A stretch of 29,882 nucleotides of DNA from a virus (Duplodnaviria > Caudoviricetes): positions 1-29,882 of IMG/VR virus record IMGVR_UViG_3300008735_000658; one strand, 5' to 3'. Positions 27,499 to 29,882 of the stretch are shown one piece after another. Within the stretch, counting starts at the first letter, position 1, and each line of letters begins with the position of its first letter. A program made the position numbers and the translations under genes. The notes beneath the pieces are model-generated. The model did no database searches, had not been told where the DNA came from, and was given only the letters and a program-made list of their open reading frames with translations.

Positions 27499-27981
27499 AT
27501 GAAATTAAATGAATCAGTAAAAATGCACACTCTTAGTGGAAATAAAAAGTTTATGACTAAAACTGCTATTCCAATTATTAGAAAATATGGTGTTAAGAAT
27601 ATGAAAGCACATCTTGTAGGAGGTACATTTTTAGAGTTAAGATTTGCTATTGATTCTAATAAACTTAAACAGTTAGATAAAGAATTAAAGAAAAAGAATA
27701 AAACTGCTTATGGTGGTATTGTTGAAAATAGGATAACCAAACTGACTGAATCACAGTTAAGAGAAATGATTAGAGAAATGATTACGGAAGATGGTGATGC
27801 ATTTGACGCTCCAATTCCTGCACAAGTAAAACGATACATGGGTAAATTTATCGGTGCAGTTCAAGGTGCTAAATTAAACAGAAAACGAACAGGTGCTATT
27901 CTCGGTCAAGTAGTTAATGCACTTGGTATTGAACCAAATGAACTAATGAGATATGTTAGATTAGTTAAAAAGGGACTATAA
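27499..27981 (+). CDS. two-module hypothetical protein joined by LTESQLREMIREMITE
   Basis: 160-aa ORF with GAGGAG upstream. Confidence 0.72.
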   Translation: MKLNESVKMHTLSGNKKFMTKTAIPIIRKYGVKNMKAHLVGGTFLELRFAIDSNKLKQLDKELKKKNKTAYGGIVENRITKLTESQLREMIREMITEDGDAFDAPIPAQVKRYMGKFIGAVQGAKLNRKRTGAILGQVVNALGIEPNELMRYVRLVKKGL

Positions 27982-27983
27982 AA

Positions 27984-28244
27984 ATGAAAGATAGACAAAT
28001 ATACGAAATGAATAAAAAATGGCGTGAATATCGTCTTGAAGAAACTAAAGAACCCATTACAGAAGGTGTTAAGAATGAATTGGCAGATGTAATGACAAGA
28101 TATTTACTTGGAAATAGAAAAACTGCAGTTAAGCAATTAGAAAAATTGAGTAAAAAGTTTGATGCTGAAGGTGGAATGGATCAAGAATATTATGGGTATG
28201 TTTATACTCAATTTTTAAGAGTGATAAATAAAGTAGTAAGTTAA
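27984..28244 (+). CDS. small hypothetical protein
   Basis: 86-aa ORF containing KKWREYRLEE and PITEG. Confidence 0.65.
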   Translation: MKDRQIYEMNKKWREYRLEETKEPITEGVKNELADVMTRYLLGNRKTAVKQLEKLSKKFDAEGGMDQEYYGYVYTQFLRVINKVVS

Positions 28245-28320
28245 AATGAAACCTGGTCACCATACTTGACCTTATAGTGGTGAAGAACACCCAGTTTGGG
28301 TGAAACATGAGGAAGAACCT

Positions 28321-29882
28321 ATGGACGAATATAAATCAAGATTATCAGCCTATCTTAGTGATATGGTAAGAGAAGAACTTGAAAAATACGATGGTGGATT
28401 CACCGATGAGTGGAATGACCAACGAAAAAAGAATGCTGAAGTCTTAGGATATAAACTTTCGGGTAAAAGTGATATAAAAGAGGGAGCAACTGAATTTTGG
28501 CAGGATATGTTTAGACCAGGTAATATTCCAAACCAATACATAAACCAATTAATAAAGAAAAAAGGTGAACTTCCATCTAAGTCTCATATAAAAAAAATAT
28601 ACAGAGATAATGGAAATCCAAGTTCAAGTCAATTATCAAAGGCATTTAAACAGTTAGCAAAAGAAAAATATATTAAAAAACAAGGTAGTTTATGGAAATG
28701 GGAATCAGGTTTTGCTTGGAGAACTGGTACAGAATTAGAATCCGTAAATGAAAAAAGAATAAAAAATTCACCTTTAAGAAGAAATATTACATCTACATTT
28801 AAAGATTTAGATAAAAAATTTAGAAAAAAATTAACCAGTAGTGACATAGATAATGTAGCATCTCATATAACATCTAAGAATAGATATTTTCCTAAAGACT
28901 TGGCTAATGTTGCAGCTGAGTATTTTTATGCATATAAACGACGCAAGTTAAAAATAAACCAAGCAATACAGGCTACTATAAATTATCAAAGAGGATATCC
29001 GTATAAAACCTATCGTACTGGTACAGAATTAGAATCCGTAAATGAAACTAAAAAGAGAGATTACAAAGCAGAATACAAAAAATATGGTTCATCTACAAAA
29101 GCAAAAAAATATAGAGCAGAATTAAATAAGTATAACAGACAAAAAGGTACTTACGGTAACGGAGATGGAAAAGATGCTTCACATAAGGGAGGAAAAATCG
29201 TGGGATTTGAAAAGGAATCTACTAATAGAGGTAGAGCCGAAAAGAGTAGATTGAAAAAAGAGATTACAGTAAAGGAAGGAAACTTCAAAATATCTAAACG
29301 AGATGCTAATAAATACAATAAATTAGCACAAAAAGGTAACCCAGTAGGATTAGATTTAGATATTAGACCGGGTTGGTTAAGTTGGGAAGATGGAGATTAT
29401 AAAACTCAATCTATAATTGGAGATGATGAAAATGGTAGAGAACACGAAATTAGATTTTCAGATGTGGTTAGAGTTAATGAATCTATGAACGAACAAAAAT
29501 TAAGAAAAGTCATTAGAGATATTTTGAATGAAGGCAAACCAAAGATTTATTCACTTCCAACAAGAAAACAAGATATTATCTATAAAATGTTATGGCATAG
29601 AAATCAACCAAAATGGCATACACCAGGAGAATTTGAACAATTTATTAAAAAGTATTTTAACAATTACCTTCCACCTCATATTGCTGACGGATTGAAAAAA
29701 ACAAAGAGCGCTGAAGATTTTGTTAAATTTGTTAGAAAATTTGATTTCAAAGAAAGTGTTAATGAAGCAACAGAATTTATCGCAATTTACAACAGAAAAA
29801 AGATTATAGTAAAAGGTGATAGCCTTTATGATGCTAAATTACAAGCTATTAAACAATTAAAAGTTCCAAAATCAAAACAAGG
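28321..29882 (+). CDS. long modular protein (polyprotein-like) running off the window end
   Basis: Translated by hand: open from ATG 28321 to the end, at least 520 codons, and absent from the ORF track because there is no stop. Modules are separated by ESVNE/ESMNE. An upstream ATG at 28246 is in frame but separated by TGA 28267-28269. Confidence 0.85.
   Translation, partial: MDEYKSRLSAYLSDMVREELEKYDGGFTDEWNDQRKKNAEVLGYKLSGKSDIKEGATEFWQDMFRPGNIPNQYINQLIKKKGELPSKSHIKKIYRDNGNPSSSQLSKAFKQLAKEKYIKKQGSLWKWESGFAWRTGTELESVNEKRIKNSPLRRNITSTFKDLDKKFRKKLTSSDIDNVASHITSKNRYFPKDLANVAAEYFYAYKRRKLKINQAIQATINYQRGYPYKTYRTGTELESVNETKKRDYKAEYKKYGSSTKAKKYRAELNKYNRQKGTYGNGDGKDASHKGGKIVGFEKESTNRGRAEKSRLKKEITVKEGNFKISKRDANKYNKLAQKGNPVGLDLDIRPGWLSWEDGDYKTQSIIGDDENGREHEIRFSDVVRVNESMNEQKLRKVIRDILNEGKPKIYSLPTRKQDIIYKMLWHRNQPKWHTPGEFEQFIKKYFNNYLPPHIADGLKKTKSAEDFVKFVRKFDFKESVNEATEFIAIYNRKKIIVKGDSLYDAKLQAIKQLKVPKSKQ
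28723..29047 (+). repeat. 31-bp exact direct repeat ACTGGTACAGAATTAGAATCCGTAAATGAAA (TGTELESVNE)
   Basis: Copies at 28723-28753 and 29017-29047, in frame and 294 bp apart. Confidence 0.9.

Noticed and set aside
277-28847. All minus-strand ORFs and the nested plus-strand ORF 18280..18477 in the ORF track
   Set aside because: They lie within or opposite well-supported plus-strand genes, have no motifs, and show the Phe/Leu/Ser-rich composition typical of antisense shadows of Lys/Glu-rich genes.
1-29882. Genome-wide stop-codon reassignment (TGA=Trp or TAG=Gln)
   Set aside because: Conserved genes are intact under the standard code, TGG encodes Trp throughout, and TGA and TAG end genes at sensible positions. 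Only one suspicious TGA was seen.
1-29882. tRNA/ncRNA genes and intrinsic terminators
   Set aside because: Intergenic gaps are about 60 nt or less, and I saw no convincing cloverleaf or GC hairpin followed by a U-tract. A covariance-model search was not run.

Overview
This AT-rich window is part of a large tailed dsDNA phage genome with T4-like head genes. All credible genes are on the + strand and tightly packed. From left to right it contains: (1) a nucleotide-sugar/modification cluster (two SDR epimerases, a NodU/CmcH carbamoyltransferase, an HldE/RfaE-type PfkB kinase and a UDP-glucose/GDP-mannose-type dehydrogenase); (2) an array of unrelated ORFs that share a ~10-aa N-terminal leader MIKLKxLLxE, mostly joined by ATGA overlaps and ending in a bare MIKLK-stop relic; (3) a 1104-aa multi-enzyme protein (DEDDh exonuclease + HIGH-type nucleotidyltransferase + KxDG ligase-like domain) with a 25-bp internal direct repeat; (4) small membrane/coiled-coil ORFs, the large terminase, a NUMOD3-type homing endonuclease, a gp20-like portal with two HNH-containing inteins, and a gp21-like prohead protease; (5) the start of a long modular ORF punctuated by repeated ESVNE/ESMNE linkers. 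The main hypothesis, which is inference, is a modular system of capsid-packaged cargo proteins and polyproteins. These would be tagged by a shared leader and matured at (I/L/V)-x-E sites by the phage prohead protease, analogous to the T4 IP/Alt internal proteins but with a much larger and exchangeable enzymatic payload. No database searches were run, so family calls rest on motifs read by eye.
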